DNA from: Octopus bimaculoides
Lineage: Eukaryota
DNA length: 64,000 bases
Direction: 5' to 3'
Assembly (NCBI RefSeq): GCF_001194135.2
Contig: NC_068995.1
Span: 57,178,068-57,242,067 of the forward strand
A model generated the notes under the pieces. The model was not told the origin of the DNA. It saw only the letters and a program-made list of their open reading frames with translations, and ran no database searches. The position numbers and the translations under genes are program-made. Shown here piece by piece: positions 51,541 to 64,000 of the stretch. The stretch's first letter is position 1. Each line of letters starts with the position of its first letter.

Positions 51541-52089
51541 TACTATTATACTCTCTGAAAATCAAACCTTTAATTTAATAATAGCTTATTTCATGCTAAG
51601 ATATTAAGGTTGATTAAAGCAACAGGCTAGTAGTTTTCGAAAATAAGGTGCTTCCTGTCACAGTGATAGTTTGTCAAAGCCAATAAAAATTGGGGTATTT
51701 TTTTCTTTTATTTTATTATTGTTTTCTTTTATGTACATGAAAGAATTCTTCAGTGTTTATAACAGCAATTTTCTTCTTCATTCATCTTTCATTGTTTTCT
51801 AACTAAATCTGTTGTGTTGTCACTCAGCAATATTATATTGCGAAAACAAGTTTCTGTGAACAAAACGAAAACCCCACCAAAAAGAAAACCCTTAATGTCA
51901 CTTTTTTAATTTTGTTTTTTTTGTTTTTAGTTTTTCTCTTTTTGTTTCTCTTACGTACAGAACTAGGTTTATATTATTCCTCGTTATCTATAGAACAACC
52001 TGCAGACATCAGCCTAGAGAAGATGATGATTTAATTTCTGAAAATGCTAGATTTAGCCACCATGACAAATACACACACACACACACCAC

Positions 52090-52110
52090 ACACACATACA
52101 ATCTCTCTCC

Positions 52111-52164
<54 letters not shown>

Positions 52165-52382
52165 ATTAGCTCAGTAACTTGCTCAAGCAATTTACTCTTT
52201 CTGTTCTTCACAATCATTATAACTCTCCCTTTTTCCTCTCACTCCTTATTTCTTCCACTCTCTCTCTCTCTCTCTCTCCCTCCCTCATTAGCTCAATTTT
52301 TTTCATTCTTTCCTATCTCCTTTCTCATCGTAATCATTGTCATAATACTTGTTACCTCTCTCTCTCTCTCTCTTTCTCCCTC

Positions 52383-52421
<39 letters not shown>

Positions 52422-52781
52422 CTCCCTTATCCCTCTCTCTCTCTCTCTTACTTAACAGTTTACACATTTGCTTGACACAGACATCCAGCACTGCCAAATC
52501 AACATAGCTTGTCTCTCTCTCTCTCTCTCTCCGCTTCTTGCTTCACTGCTAGTATTTTCTTGCTGGCTGAGTCATCTCGTGTGTACTATCCCTTCCTTTT
52601 ATGCCTTAGGAAAAACAGTGATTCAGATCGGAAAGACTTCTGAATAGAACTCTTAGCAAAAACACAATCTCAATGGGTGCAAATTGCACTGTAGATTTGA
52701 GACTATTCACTAACTGACAACTACTTGAAAATATACCACATACATACACCCATACATATATATATATATGTGTGTATGTAT

Positions 52782-52820
<39 letters not shown>

Positions 52821-53100
52821 GACACACACATACACACACATACATATGTACATATGTATATGTGTGTGTGTGTATATATATATATATACACGCACACACA
52901 TACATGTATGTATATATATGTATACACTTATATATAAAAACATGTTTACATATGTGCATGCCTGTTTGTGTGTATGTGTATGCATGCACATATATGGACA
53001 CACACAAACATACTGGTATTCAATCTATAACCCATGTGTGTGTGTCTGTATATCTCCATCCATCCGCCCATCCATGTATCCATCTAGCTATCTACACCCA

Positions 53101-53149
<49 letters not shown>

Positions 53150-53150
53150 A
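52090..53150. repeat. Cluster of (CT)n, (TATC)n, (TA)n and (CA)n microsatellites
   Basis: Read directly. Confidence 0.9.
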
Positions 53151-54014
53151 GTCAATGTACAGTCCACTATGTTTGCAGCCTAGCATCACAAAAATTGACA
53201 CGAGAATAAATGACTACTGGAAAATTAAATAATAAACAATGTTTCCATCATCGCTTGGTTCTATACCCTGGTGAAACATCGCTGCCAATTGCAACTGTGA
53301 TTACTTTAAATAACATTGTTGCTCTTACTGTTCTGATCATCCCGTCATCATCATCATCACCATCGTCATCAACATCGCCATCGTGTTCTTCACTACATTG
53401 GATTTATCTCTAGTTTATTGATTTAGTTTGAACTGTTTGGTAATATTGTTTATTGTCAGCTCCCCCCCCTCTTTATTCATTATCCGAACCATTTACTGTG
53501 CTGTGTTGTTTTGTTGCTGGTTTTTTTCTTTCTTTTTGTTTGTTTCTTGGTTATGTTTATCTTGTCAGCAAATGTAGAAAGACATAAATAAATAACTGAC
53601 TGACTGAAAAGACAGGTCTATTCCAACCTCACATTGCTTATATAATTTCATTCATCAGTACAATACTTTCTCTCAATAGTTATCCCACCACCACTGCCAC
53701 CACACCTTACCTTCTTCAGTTACAATTACACTCCCCACTCCACATCACTTTATTTCTTCAGTTGCTTAACGACTATGCATAATTATCTATTTATCTACCT
53801 ATCTTTCATTATTATTCAAGTCAGAATTGGTAATTGTGCAAAGAGATGATCGAGAAGGAAGCATGGCTGGGAAGTTAATGAGTTCAATTCCCACCATTCG
53901 CAACGCTTGCAGTCATGTCCTTCCAAGTTCAGCCCCATTCCATGGCCAAGCATGTTTCTACTATGGGCTTTGATTGAGCCCCACCCATTAATTGCATAAA
54001 TTGTACATCTTGTA

Positions 54015-54420
54015 TCTTTTACTTTTTTTACTCATTGGACTGTGGCCATGTTGGGGCACCACCATGAACAAATTAACTGCAGTACTTCTGGGTTTTTTTT
54101 TTTTTTGCTTTTTTTTAAAGTGTGTTACTTATTCTATTGGTCTCTCTAGCTGAACTGCTAAGTTATGGGGACATAGACAAACCAATACTGGTTATCAAAC
54201 AGTAGAGTATATAACAAACACAAAAACACACACACATGCACACCCACCCATACATATGTATGATAGGCTTCTGCACAATTTCCATCTACCATCTTCACTC
54301 ACAAGACTTTGGTCAGCCTGGGGTTATAATAAGTGACACATGCCAACAATGTCATACAATGGGATCGAACTTAAAACCATGCTGCTGCAAAGCAAGCTTT
54401 CTTAACCACTCAGCCATGTC
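54015..54420 (-). mobile_element. SINE family A, full length, diverged
   Basis: GGACTGTGGCCATGTTGGGGCACC...CACTCACAAGACTTTGGTCAGCCTGGGG...GGGATCGAAC...TTAACCACTCAGCCATG. Confidence 0.8.
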
Positions 54421-55057
54421 TGTACATTTGTGTTTTTCTGCTTGTTTGAAAAAATTTTTTTCACACCTGGTTCAACATCTCTTTTTGGTCCTTCAGTGTC
54501 TTTCGTCCAATTTCTTGCAAGCATTTCAAACAAGGCTTCCAAGACAGCTCATTGTCTGTATCCTCTTATCCCCTTCCCACCACATGTCACTGGGCTTTGT
54601 TAAAAGGTCACCGGCATTACCCCCCCTCTCTCTCTCTTTGATTAAGCCATAAAAATAATTAACTTCTACACAACATCGTTTTATCTGTGTCTATCTTCAC
54701 AACTTTTATTCATTTCTCTATAAATGGAAGTAAACATTGTGTAAAGAATTTCCTTTCATTCGTTTCCCCATAACTCACTCACTCAATCATTCATTCTCCA
54801 ATTATTTTCTCAATCCTTGTTTACACAGTTGTATCTATCGAATACCAACTCCATTATTTTCAAATACCTTAAGTCTTTTCATTGTCTTGAATTAGTGTTT
54901 GGCTGGATGGAATGTTTTCTTGAGAATGGCCAGATTCGTCACATGATGGTGATGGTGATTTAGGCCTACTTCAGGACACAAAATATTCTCTCTCCCACCT
55001 TTACACATTTGCGTATGTGTGTATACTTATGTGCATTCAAATAAATATATATATGTA

Positions 55058-55090
<33 letters not shown>

Positions 55091-55139
55091 ATATATATAT
55101 ATATATATACATGTATGTATGCATGAGAGTGTATATGCA

Positions 55140-55169
<30 letters not shown>

Positions 55170-55173
<4 letters not shown>

Positions 55174-55470
55174 GACACATGGCTTAGTAGTTAAGGTATT
55201 TGGCTCATGATCATAAGGACATGAGCTTGATTCCTGGCGGATCTTGTGTCCTTCAATAAGACGCTTCACATGGCTCCAGTCAACTCAGCTGTCAAAAATG
55301 AGTTGTGTCTGTATTGGAAGGGGCCAGTCTCATTACATTTTCTGTCGTGCTGAGTCTCCCTGAGAACTATGGTAAGGGTGCATGTGACTGTGGAGTGCTC
55401 AGCCACTTGCATGTTAATTTCACTAGCTGGTCATTCCATTCATCAGATCAACTGAAGCCCACATTGTTGT
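55170..55470 (+). mobile_element. Third tRNA-derived SINE family (CORE/V-like central segment)
   Basis: A-box-like TGGCTTAGTAGTTAAGG, B-box-like GCTTGATTCCTGG, then GTGTCCTTCAATAAGAC...CTCCAGTCAACTCAGCTG...GGAGTGCTCAGCCACTTGCATGTTAATTTCAC. Confidence 0.6.
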
Positions 55471-55487
55471 AACCAGCAGAGTACCAG

Positions 55488-55543
<56 letters not shown>

Positions 55544-55744
55544 ACACACATACATAGTTCCAGCAGACCTAATGAATGCATTACATAAGTGTAATATGAA
55601 ACAGTCTGTGGTCTGTATGTATATATAAATATATGAGTAAGGCAATATTTCCCCATGGCCAGACATATTTCTGCAGAGTATTGGAAAGGAATCACATTCA
55701 TTCACAGCAATCATGCAATATCAAGACAACAGACACACACACAG

Positions 55745-55850
55745 GACTTCTTTCAGTTTCCCTCTACCAAATCCACTCACAAGTGGAACTCACTCCAAGA
55801 CTAAATTGTTTGGTTGAAGAAAGTTTTTTTAACTCAGCCATGCCAGCCCC
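55745..55850 (-). mobile_element. SINE family A head, internally deleted
   Basis: CTTCTTTCAGTTTCCCTCTACCAAATCCACTCACAAG joined directly to GGAACTC...TTAACTCAGCCATG. Confidence 0.6.
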
Positions 55851-56193
55851 TGTATAGCTTAAAGTGTAGTTTAAAACTTGCATTCATTGTAATCGTAATT
55901 TTCAGGTTCTTATTTCAACAATGGCATCAAAGATTTTTGGCCTGGAACTCAAACTTGATCATGTCTTTGTTTTATTTGAAAAATGAAATGAGTTACTGGA
56001 AAGCCAGATTTTTTCATTTCTTTCTTTTCCATTTTTTTTTATTTTACTATTTTTATTTCAGTTTATCCCCCCCCCCCCCCCCCGCCAACTTTTTTTGTTA
56101 AATATAAATCTTAAAGTTTCTATGTAAGAACTTTCAGTGTAAGCCGAGCATGTTTATATTTTTAATCTGGACCCTTATTATGTGTAAATATCC

Positions 56194-56422
56194 CTAATCT
56201 TTTTGCTATCAACCTGCCTGATACTGCCCCAGGATCTCTCATACACACTTCCTCTTTCAAACTGATCTCAGTTAAAAACCTTCCGTTGAAATTTCTTGTT
56301 AAATTATTTTCCAAACACCAGTTTATTTATTACAAAGTTATTAAACTCTTCATTATTTTCAAAATTAATTGAAACAAAAGGCAGAGAATTTCAACAAAAA
56401 ATATGGTTAACAAAAGGGTTAA
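56194..56422. mobile_element. piggyBac-like MITE, family 2 (inverted relative to 43252)
   Basis: Ends CAAAAGGG-TTAA (56411-56422). Shares AACACCAG...AAAGTTATT...TTCATTATTTTCAAAATTAATT with the reverse complement of 43252-43465. Confidence 0.65.
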
Positions 56423-57478
56423 AAAGTAAATAATCAGAACAATTCTGTCTTCGTTACAAAAGCTCTGTGTTTTATTCTTTTTGTTTTGTTTGCTTGTTTC
56501 TCTTCACTCCATTCTTTCCGCTAATAGTAAACAGAATCAGTCTGGTAGTTACTCAATTGCAAAGTTTATCTGTTGAGTTGGCTTTATCAGGATGTTTGGA
56601 AAATGTAGACTGTGCATCTTCTGTTTGTCTAATTAGTTGACAGTCTGCAAGTCTGGCCAATGTCAGAATCACTACTCTGTTACTGTTACTGTTGCTGCTG
56701 TATCTTCTACTACTGCTGCTGTTGCGACTGTATTCTGATATCATATAGTTCAGTTCACCTATTTCCCAATGAGCAAGCTTTGTTGGTAATGGTCACTGAA
56801 AATTCCTAAAAAGGAATATATATATATATGTATATTTATATATACATATATATATATATATATATTTATTTATTTCTCATTTCACTGGTTGAGATATCAA
56901 AGTGATTTTTAAACCCCTACAAGAAACAGGATATCCCAATAAATGTGTACTGCTGCTGTACTATGAACGATGACTCTCTAGAGGTGAAAGGAGAGAAGGA
57001 GAGAGAGAGAGAAGGAGAGAGAGAGAGAGAAGGAGAGAGGGAGAGAAGGAGAGGGAATGGCTTCATCTTGTTCCATTTCAATTCCTTCCTGTTCTTGTGA
57101 TTGCTTTCTATCTACTCCACTCGTAGACTTTTTCTTTCTCTCTTTCACCTTCCATCTTCTCTTTCCATCATGCAGTTTCTCTCATGTGATCAGCTTCTCT
57201 CTCTCTCTCTCTCTTCTTTCCTATTCCTTTTCGTTCCACTTTCTTGCTCTCCATTTCTGTTTTTCTTTCTATTATACACCTCTCTCTCTCTCTCTCTCTT
57301 TCTCTCTCACACACACACTTTTCCTCTCCCTTCATTACACATTTTCTCTCTTTCTCTTAGATTTCTTTTCTCTTCCACTCACACATTTCTTTCTTCTCTC
57401 TCTCTTTGCTTCTCCCATCTTCAACTCATCTTTTCAATTCCCTCTCTCTCTTTTCTTCTCTCAACTTATAACATTCTT

Positions 57479-57525
<47 letters not shown>

Positions 57526-58287
57526 TTCCATATTCAGTTTTTCTCTCAATCCATCATTCACCTTTGTTAATCAAACACTTCTCCACAAAATCCTTTCTCT
57601 CTTCTCTCTCTCTCTCACTACATTCTGACAACCTCTCTCCAATTATTCTTCCCATCATAATTTATCCATCTCCCTATCTCACCACTCTAATCAGGAATCT
57701 CCTCTAATCCGACTCTAAAATACTCTATCTTCTAAACCCATTACCTGCTGCTACTTTACTCATTAATTCTTATTAACATTAGCTTCTTTATGCAATATCC
57801 TTCCCTTTTATTGTCACACAATATTTCTAATTGGCAGAGTTTTATTTCAAACTGCTTTGCCAGTTGACTCTTCACCTCACTGAATCTATCCATTTCTTCT
57901 TCTCCGCAAGAGTCCAAAAAGTTAGTCTTAACAATCAGCATCAATCTACTTGCCATATTTTACTGCAATAGATTTGATTAAATTGCAAGAGTTTTTGGTT
58001 TGTTTTCTTCTTAAATTTTCCCTTTTAATTCCAGTTTTATATTCTGTTTCCTTTTCAATAGAAATTATAGTCTATCTTATAATTTTGGTTCAAATCAGAT
58101 TCCAATTTACCATATTTGATGACTCATCAGATGCACCTTTTTCCCCCAAAAAAAACAAGAAGAAAGAAACAGTTGTTTCAACAAAAAAAGAAAGTCGCCC
58201 TGGGTCCTATATGTGAAGTTAATTTGCGCCCCCCCCCCCAACTCTAAAGCACTAAAAAATTTTCTCCCTAAATATGCACCGTTGAAA

Positions 58288-58500
58288 TTATGTTGCGACT
58301 AATATACCAGTGTCTCTTTTATGCCACAATTCTTGGTCCACCATCACTACCTTGAGGTCCCGGGTACATTTCTGGCCAGTGTCTGTAATAAAGTTGTTGA
58401 TGTTAGTGTGACAATGTTCTTTTCTTCTTACTTCACCAGGAACTGGGTTCCACAAGACTAATTTGGGTGCTTCCAGTTCAGGGTGGTGCATGCAGTGACC
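58288..58500 (-). mobile_element. RTE-clade LINE remnant (ORF2 C-terminus)
   Basis: GHCMHHPELEAPKLVLWNP...NINNFITDTGQKCTRDLKVVMVDQELWHKR matches the remembered RTE ORF2 C-terminal pattern GHCxRHxELxxSxLxLWxP...TYxDxLxxDTG...ELxxxMxDRxxW. Confidence 0.7.
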
Positions 58501-58766
58501 AGATGGTTCTGGGTTCAGATGGAAACTGAAAGAAGCCCGTCATATATATATATATATATGTATTTGTGTGTCTGTGTTAGTACCCTCACCATTGCTTGAC
58601 GACTGATGTTGGTGTGTTTACGTCTCTGTAACTTAGCAGTTCGGCAAAAGAAACCGATAGAATAAGTACTAGATTTACAAAAAATAAGTCCTGGGGTCGA
58701 GTTGTTCGACTAAAGACAGTACTCCAACATGGCCACAGTCAAATGACTGAAACAAGTAAAAGAATA
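58497..58766 (+). mobile_element. SINE family A with internal deletion in the head; comparatively young
   Basis: ATGGTTCTGGGTTCAG joined to ATGGAAACTGAAAGAAGCCCGTC, then an intact 3' half ending GACTGAAACAAGTAAAAGA. Several CpGs retained. Confidence 0.85.
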
Positions 58767-59499
58767 TATATGTATGCATATATGTATATATACATGTATA
58801 TGTATACACACACACATAAACTTCTGCATGGGCTCTGCCTGCAAAATTTCATTCATAACTCAAAGTCTGTGCTATTGAATTGTGGGATTGCTGTTAGAAC
58901 TATGTGGTCACAAACCAAACTTCATATCGACACAGATTTCAGTAACAATTTAAATTAGATTCAGCATTGTGAGTGAGGGTGGGAGAATATTATTAGTTGG
59001 TGCTATACCTGTTAAGTGGAAACTTATAAATTCAAAATTATAGGTAAATTGCTATTGATTAACCAACTTGTGGTGCATTATTTGTCATTTTATATTGAAT
59101 TAGCTTAACCTACCTTAACTTTAAACAATTAGTATCATGGTTTAATTAAAAATAAAAGGAACATAGAAACAGCCTGGTTGTCATCTGCAAAGCTTAATGC
59201 TGGATCCAAGCTGACGAAGATGGTTTTACTCTTTCTGTTGTTTTTTTATTTATTTTGTTTGTGACCTTACTTTATCAGTCTGGGACTTCAGCTGTCAGAA
59301 TCTTATATTGAGTAACAGTGATCATAAGTAACAGAGATGTGTGTGTGTGTGTGTGTGTGTGATAAGGGGAGAAGGTGTGGGGGGAGAAAAAGTTCTGACA
59401 TTTAGGGTGGCTTTCAGTAGATCTGGTTTATTGGCTGTTCATTATTACATGACTCAAAAAGAAAGCTTAGTGTTTAATTTGAAAATAATTTAACATACA

Positions 59500-59661
59500 G
59501 GCGTAGGAGTGGCTGTGTGGTAAGTAGCTTGCTTATGAACCACAAGGCTCCCAGTTCAGTCCCACTGTATGGCACCTTGGGCAAGCCTCTTCTACTATAG
59601 CCTCAAGCCGACCAAAGCCTTGTGAGTGGATATGGTAGACGGAAACTGAAAGAAGCCCGTC

Positions 59662-59697
<36 letters not shown>
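59500..59697 (+). mobile_element. SINE family A head, young copy, running into (TA)n and a gap
   Basis: GGCGTAGGAGTGGCTGTGTGGTAAG...CAGTTCAGTCCC...GGCACCTTGGGCAAG...GACGGAAACTGAAAGAAGCCCGTCG. Confidence 0.85.
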
Positions 59698-60135
59698 NNN
59701 NNNNNNNNNNNNNNNNNNNNNNNNNNNNNNNNNNNNNNNNNNNNNNNNNNNNNNNNNNNNNNNNNNNNNNNNNNNNNNNNNNNNNNNNNNNNNNNNNNNN
59801 NNNNNNNNNNNNNNNNNNNNNNNNNNNNNNNNNNNNNNNNNNNNNNNNNNNNNNNNNNNNNNNNNNNNNNNNNNNNNNNNNNNNNNNNNNNNNNNNNNNN
59901 NNNNNNNNNNNNNNNNNNNNNNNNNNNNNNNNNNNNNNNNNNNNNNNNNNNNNNNNNNNNNNNNNNNNNNNNNNNNNNNNNNNNNNNNNNNNNNNNNNNN
60001 NNNNNNNNNNNNNNNNNNNNNNNNNNNNNNNNNNNNNNNNNNNNNNNNNNNNNNNNNNNNNNNNNNNNNNNNNNNNNNNNNNNNNNNNNNNNNNNNNNNN
60101 NNNNNNNNNNNNNNATATATATACTTCACTTACAT

Positions 60136-60249
60136 ATTACTTCACATTCTCAAAGTTTCTAAATTCTAATGATGTAATCAACAATATATTTATATAGATA
60201 TTGTTGATTACATCATTAGAATTTATAAACTTCGAGAACGTGAAGTAAT
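60136..60249. repeat. Long inverted repeat: 52-bp arms, 10-nt loop
   Basis: Arms 60136-60187 and 60198-60249 pair at 49 of 52 positions, with a 28-bp perfect core. Checked base by base. Confidence 0.95.
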
Positions 60250-61249
60250 TCTTTTTAGGAATGGTGAATCTTGAAGCAAATAAAGCTATAAATAATACCA
60301 TTTAAGTATTGGGTTAAAGAACTCTTTGAATGAAGAAATCAAATGCTGCCTGTGGCACTTTGAACTCACATCTCCAACAAATATTATATATTGCAAATAC
60401 ATAAACATATTTTTTTGTGTAAAGTTTATAGAAAAGCTTTGTAGATTTGAATACATTACAGTGATACATTGGTATGAAATAAGTGAACATAGTCGAAGAA
60501 TTATCTTTTAGTTGGTATGAATGTAGTCCAACTGGTGTGCATGCATTTGTGTGCATATACATGCATATATGAACACAGAATGTGGTGTGACATGCACAGT
60601 TGGAGAATATGGGTCATTGCAATAAAGGCCAGATGGAATTCTTCTCTCACTCACTCTCCCTCTCTACAGAATTCTCTGCAAGCCTACAAGAGATTCTCTA
60701 CATAGTCACTACTCAGTTTGCTAGAAATTACTGTAAAATTTCCCCTTGATAACATTTAAAACAAAAAAAAAAAAACGATGATACATAAATAAATAAAGAT
60801 CACATTAGATAATATAATGTTAGTTATATTATATCTCTGATGCAGTTGATCATAGTTCTATTGAATCAAGGTTAGCCTGGGGCGAAAGAAAAACAAATTT
60901 TTACATTACCAGCATATTGTGTGCATACACATATTTACACTCGCACATACATATATAAACACGCGCGCGCGCGTACATTTGTATTTAAATGCCAGTAAGA
61001 GTTATTTCTCATTTCTATTCTGAAAGACTATCACAACTCCGACTGTCCCAGCCTGAAAACTCCGATGCTAATTAATCAGTCTTTTCTCTCTATTTAGTTC
61101 CATTGCATTGTCTTATTCCTTCCTTTTTGTTGAATTAAGAGAGAGAGAGAGAGAGAATATTCTACCTATGTTAACCTGCTCAGCCTCTCCTTTCTTCCTC
61201 ACTATCCACCCTCCCTTCCTTGTATCAATTGAGTTAGACTGAAATGATT

Positions 61250-61400
61250 TTGGCTGGCTAGCAGGTTTGTCTGGTGGGCCAAGTGTCTGACTGACTGGCT
61301 GGCTGGCAGGCTGGCTGGCTGGTTGGTTGGTGCGTTGGCTGCCTGTCTAACTGGCTGCCAGGCTGCCAGGCTGGTTGGTTGGTTGGTTGGTTGGCTTGGA
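61250..61400. repeat. Degenerate (GGCT)/(GGTT)/(GACT) tetranucleotide repeat
   Basis: Read directly. Confidence 0.9.
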
Positions 61401-61632
61401 GTGTGTGTATAGTATGACCCAGTTTTGTGAATGATGCACTCTCTCCATTCTCCCTGTGCTGCCAGTATCACAACATGGCAGTAGATGTAGTACAGTAGCA
61501 GAAAGAGCAGAAGCTCACAACACTCCTTTCTCTCCTTCCCTCCCTCCCTCTCTCTGACTTATTCTCTCTTCTGCTGGAATCTGCCTCTCCAATTCTACTT
61601 TCACTTTCGTGTTCGTATTCATATACATATAC

Positions 61633-61693
<61 letters not shown>

Positions 61694-61700
61694 CACATAT

Positions 61701-61739
<39 letters not shown>

Positions 61740-62525
61740 GCTGCTGCTTCCTCTGCTTAGTTTTGCACCACTCCATCATCTCACTCTCCGACACTCACGT
61801 GTTTTATTCTGTGCTTCAGTTATTGACTTCTCTCTGTATTTCCTGCTCCTTCGTATGAAATTCAATTCTTTAATAGGCAATTTGAATGTCCCTCTTTAGA
61901 GTCTGTATCTCTCTTACCCTAGTGCTAGTGATAATGATGGTGATGGTGATGATGATGGTGATGATGATGATGATGATGATGACATGAATGCATCAAATAT
62001 AGTTCACTTGCTACTAGCATCTGCATCATCTCCAGTTCCACACTTTCCTTGTCTTGCTAGCTACACCGCAAGACTACAACTAAAAATTCCACTGAATTAT
62101 TATTATTATTAGTTTCATTATTATTATCAGCATCATTGTTGTTGTTGTTATTCTTCTTCTTCTTCTTCTTCATATATATGTTCAATTAAAACAAAATTTC
62201 TTATTTTATTTTTCATCCGTCTTTCTTTACTCATGGAAATATACTTATTATTCCCACAAGACATTTATTCCAAGTGATGTGTGTTTTGTATTTCTACTTT
62301 TAACAATAAACTTAATATAACTGAAGTTTGTCACTTAAATATCTACATTCTTTCGCCCTCTCTCACCCACTCTCTCTCACTCTCTCTTTTATTATTACTA
62401 TTACTACATGTCTTACAGACATACATGTTTATGGGAATGTGTCTGTGTATACACACATGCACAGAAACCCATACACATAGCCACATACATACTATGCGTA
62501 TTTGTATTTTATTTGTTAACCTCAG

Positions 62526-62570
<45 letters not shown>

Positions 62571-63204
62571 TGTGGATATTCTAAAGTGTTAGAATTAAAA
62601 TTGTTGAAATATTTCACAACTGTTCAGATTCGTAGGAGATAGGATAGGATTATAGCTTTCTTAACTTTTCACACACAGGAAACGGTTTGTTAATTATGCA
62701 TCATGTTATTGGTAAATTTGGAATTCTTCTGTTAACCGAATTATTGTACATTTCCTCCAGATTAACTCAGTCTGATGGCTTCGAAATCACTGCAAGATAT
62801 CTTTAACTAGCTATTTGATTGGCCTTCAGTTACCTTTCGTAGAACATAAGGTGTATCCTTTGCGTAAGTGATTTTTCAAAAAAAAAACTAGGAAGTATTG
62901 CTTCCTCTTTCATATGGATCTGTTCATAGAAAGACAAGTCTTTTTGCTTCATTTGATCTTCGCAGGTCCTGACACATTGATGAGTAATGATGCGTTGACA
63001 AATTGAATTTAGAAATTCACCAGGAGAAGATCTGGTTTCGGCTGCTTTTTGTTTTTTTTTACTTTTATTTTTATATGCAGAATGAAAGTGGATATGTGGA
63101 TATTTAAGTAAGATCTTACTTTTTAAAACTTTTTTTTTTTTAACGAGTCAACTTATTTAGAAAAACAATATTTTGTCATTGTTTAATATCTCTTCTGAAA
63201 ATCA

Positions 63205-63420
63205 TCATCACCTTCATTATCATCATCATCATCTTTAATGTCCATCATCCATACTGGTATGGGTTAGTTGGATGATTTGACAGAATCTGATGTGTGTGAC
63301 AATTGCATTGTGTTCCATCATCTGCTTTGGAATGGTTTCTATAGATGGATGTCTTTCCTAATGTCTACTTTCCAGTGTGGACTCAATACCTCTTTTCCAT
63401 TGCACCAGCACTAGTGAGGT
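63205..63420 (-). mobile_element. Retroposon 3' region with (CAT)n tail
   Basis: (CAT)n-TTTAATGTCC...CATACTGGTATGGGTT...GGTTTCTATAGATGGATGTCTTTCCTAATG, an inverse homologue of 44740-44830. Confidence 0.6.
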
Positions 63421-63773
63421 CACCGTGTATACAGAAATTTATTGTATGCAATTGTTTTGCAAAGTTTAAGAGTGTGATGATATTTGCCATTTACTCCAGT
63501 AAAGGACCTACTTCTATCTAGGTGGTTACTTGACTTGTTAGAAATAGAGACAAAATCTTTCTTAAATTACACTCTAACTTTCTTGGAAAAGAGATAGACA
63601 CTTTGGATATTATAGTCATAAGTTTGCTCTAGATAATCCTGGCTGTATTCCTTTTATCATAACTCTGCTCAACAACCAGTTGAGTCCTGTCTGGTTTAGC
63701 AGCTAAATTAACTTTTTTCCTAAATTACTTCAACACCATTGAGAATAACTTTGAAACAAATTTCCAGATATAA

Positions 63774-63815
<42 letters not shown>

Positions 63816-63825
63816 ATATACATAT

Positions 63826-63868
<43 letters not shown>

Positions 63869-64000
63869 CATTGCTTTATTTAAATAATTTTCCTCATTCC
63901 TTAATATGAAAATTCATTTCTGAAAATGCCAGTTAGTGGAAATCCATTATTAATAGAAGAAAAATATAAAACTCATTATATTTAACTGAACTGCCATCAT

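Larger units (their letters stand above)
8680..64000 (+). other. Presumed onecut intron between CUT and homeodomain exons (3' end not found)
   Basis: Strong donor at 8680. I found no ACKRKE...PRLVFT...FFMNARRR-coding sequence in the ORF track or by eye. Confidence 0.55.

Noticed and set aside
57756-57956. 66-aa protein-like minus-strand ORF (MASRLMLIVK...)
   Set aside because: No recognisable domain and no convincing exon context; indistinguishable from chance without a search.
59500-59570. tRNA-like A/B boxes (also 55170-55235 and 45440-45500)
   Set aside because: These are SINE heads: no cloverleaf, and they continue into repeat bodies.

Overview
AT-rich, microsatellite-dense animal genomic DNA with 11 N-gaps. 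The repeat families look like those of octopod cephalopods (recognised from memory, no database search). The only confidently identified gene is a ONECUT/HNF6 transcription factor on the + strand. Its large coding exon (7354-8679) encodes the N-terminus, TP box and whole CUT domain, and ends at the conserved phase-1 intron. I could not find the homeodomain exon in the remaining ~55 kb. A candidate promoter and a candidate upstream exon with uORFs lie at ~4.9-5.4 kb. The rest is intron-like or intergenic, with tRNA-derived SINEs, hAT-like and piggyBac-like MITEs, an RTE LINE remnant and simple repeats. The most striking unexplained structure is a sharp CpG boundary at ~22.4 kb. It has a housekeeping-type promoter signature on its edge, and copies of the same SINE keep their CpGs on one side and have lost them on the other. 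A 52-bp hairpin lies at 60.1-60.2 kb. I found no rRNA, tRNA gene, CRISPR array or prokaryotic feature, and nothing here demonstrates a new biological system. Most ORFs in the supplied track are microsatellite or gap artefacts.
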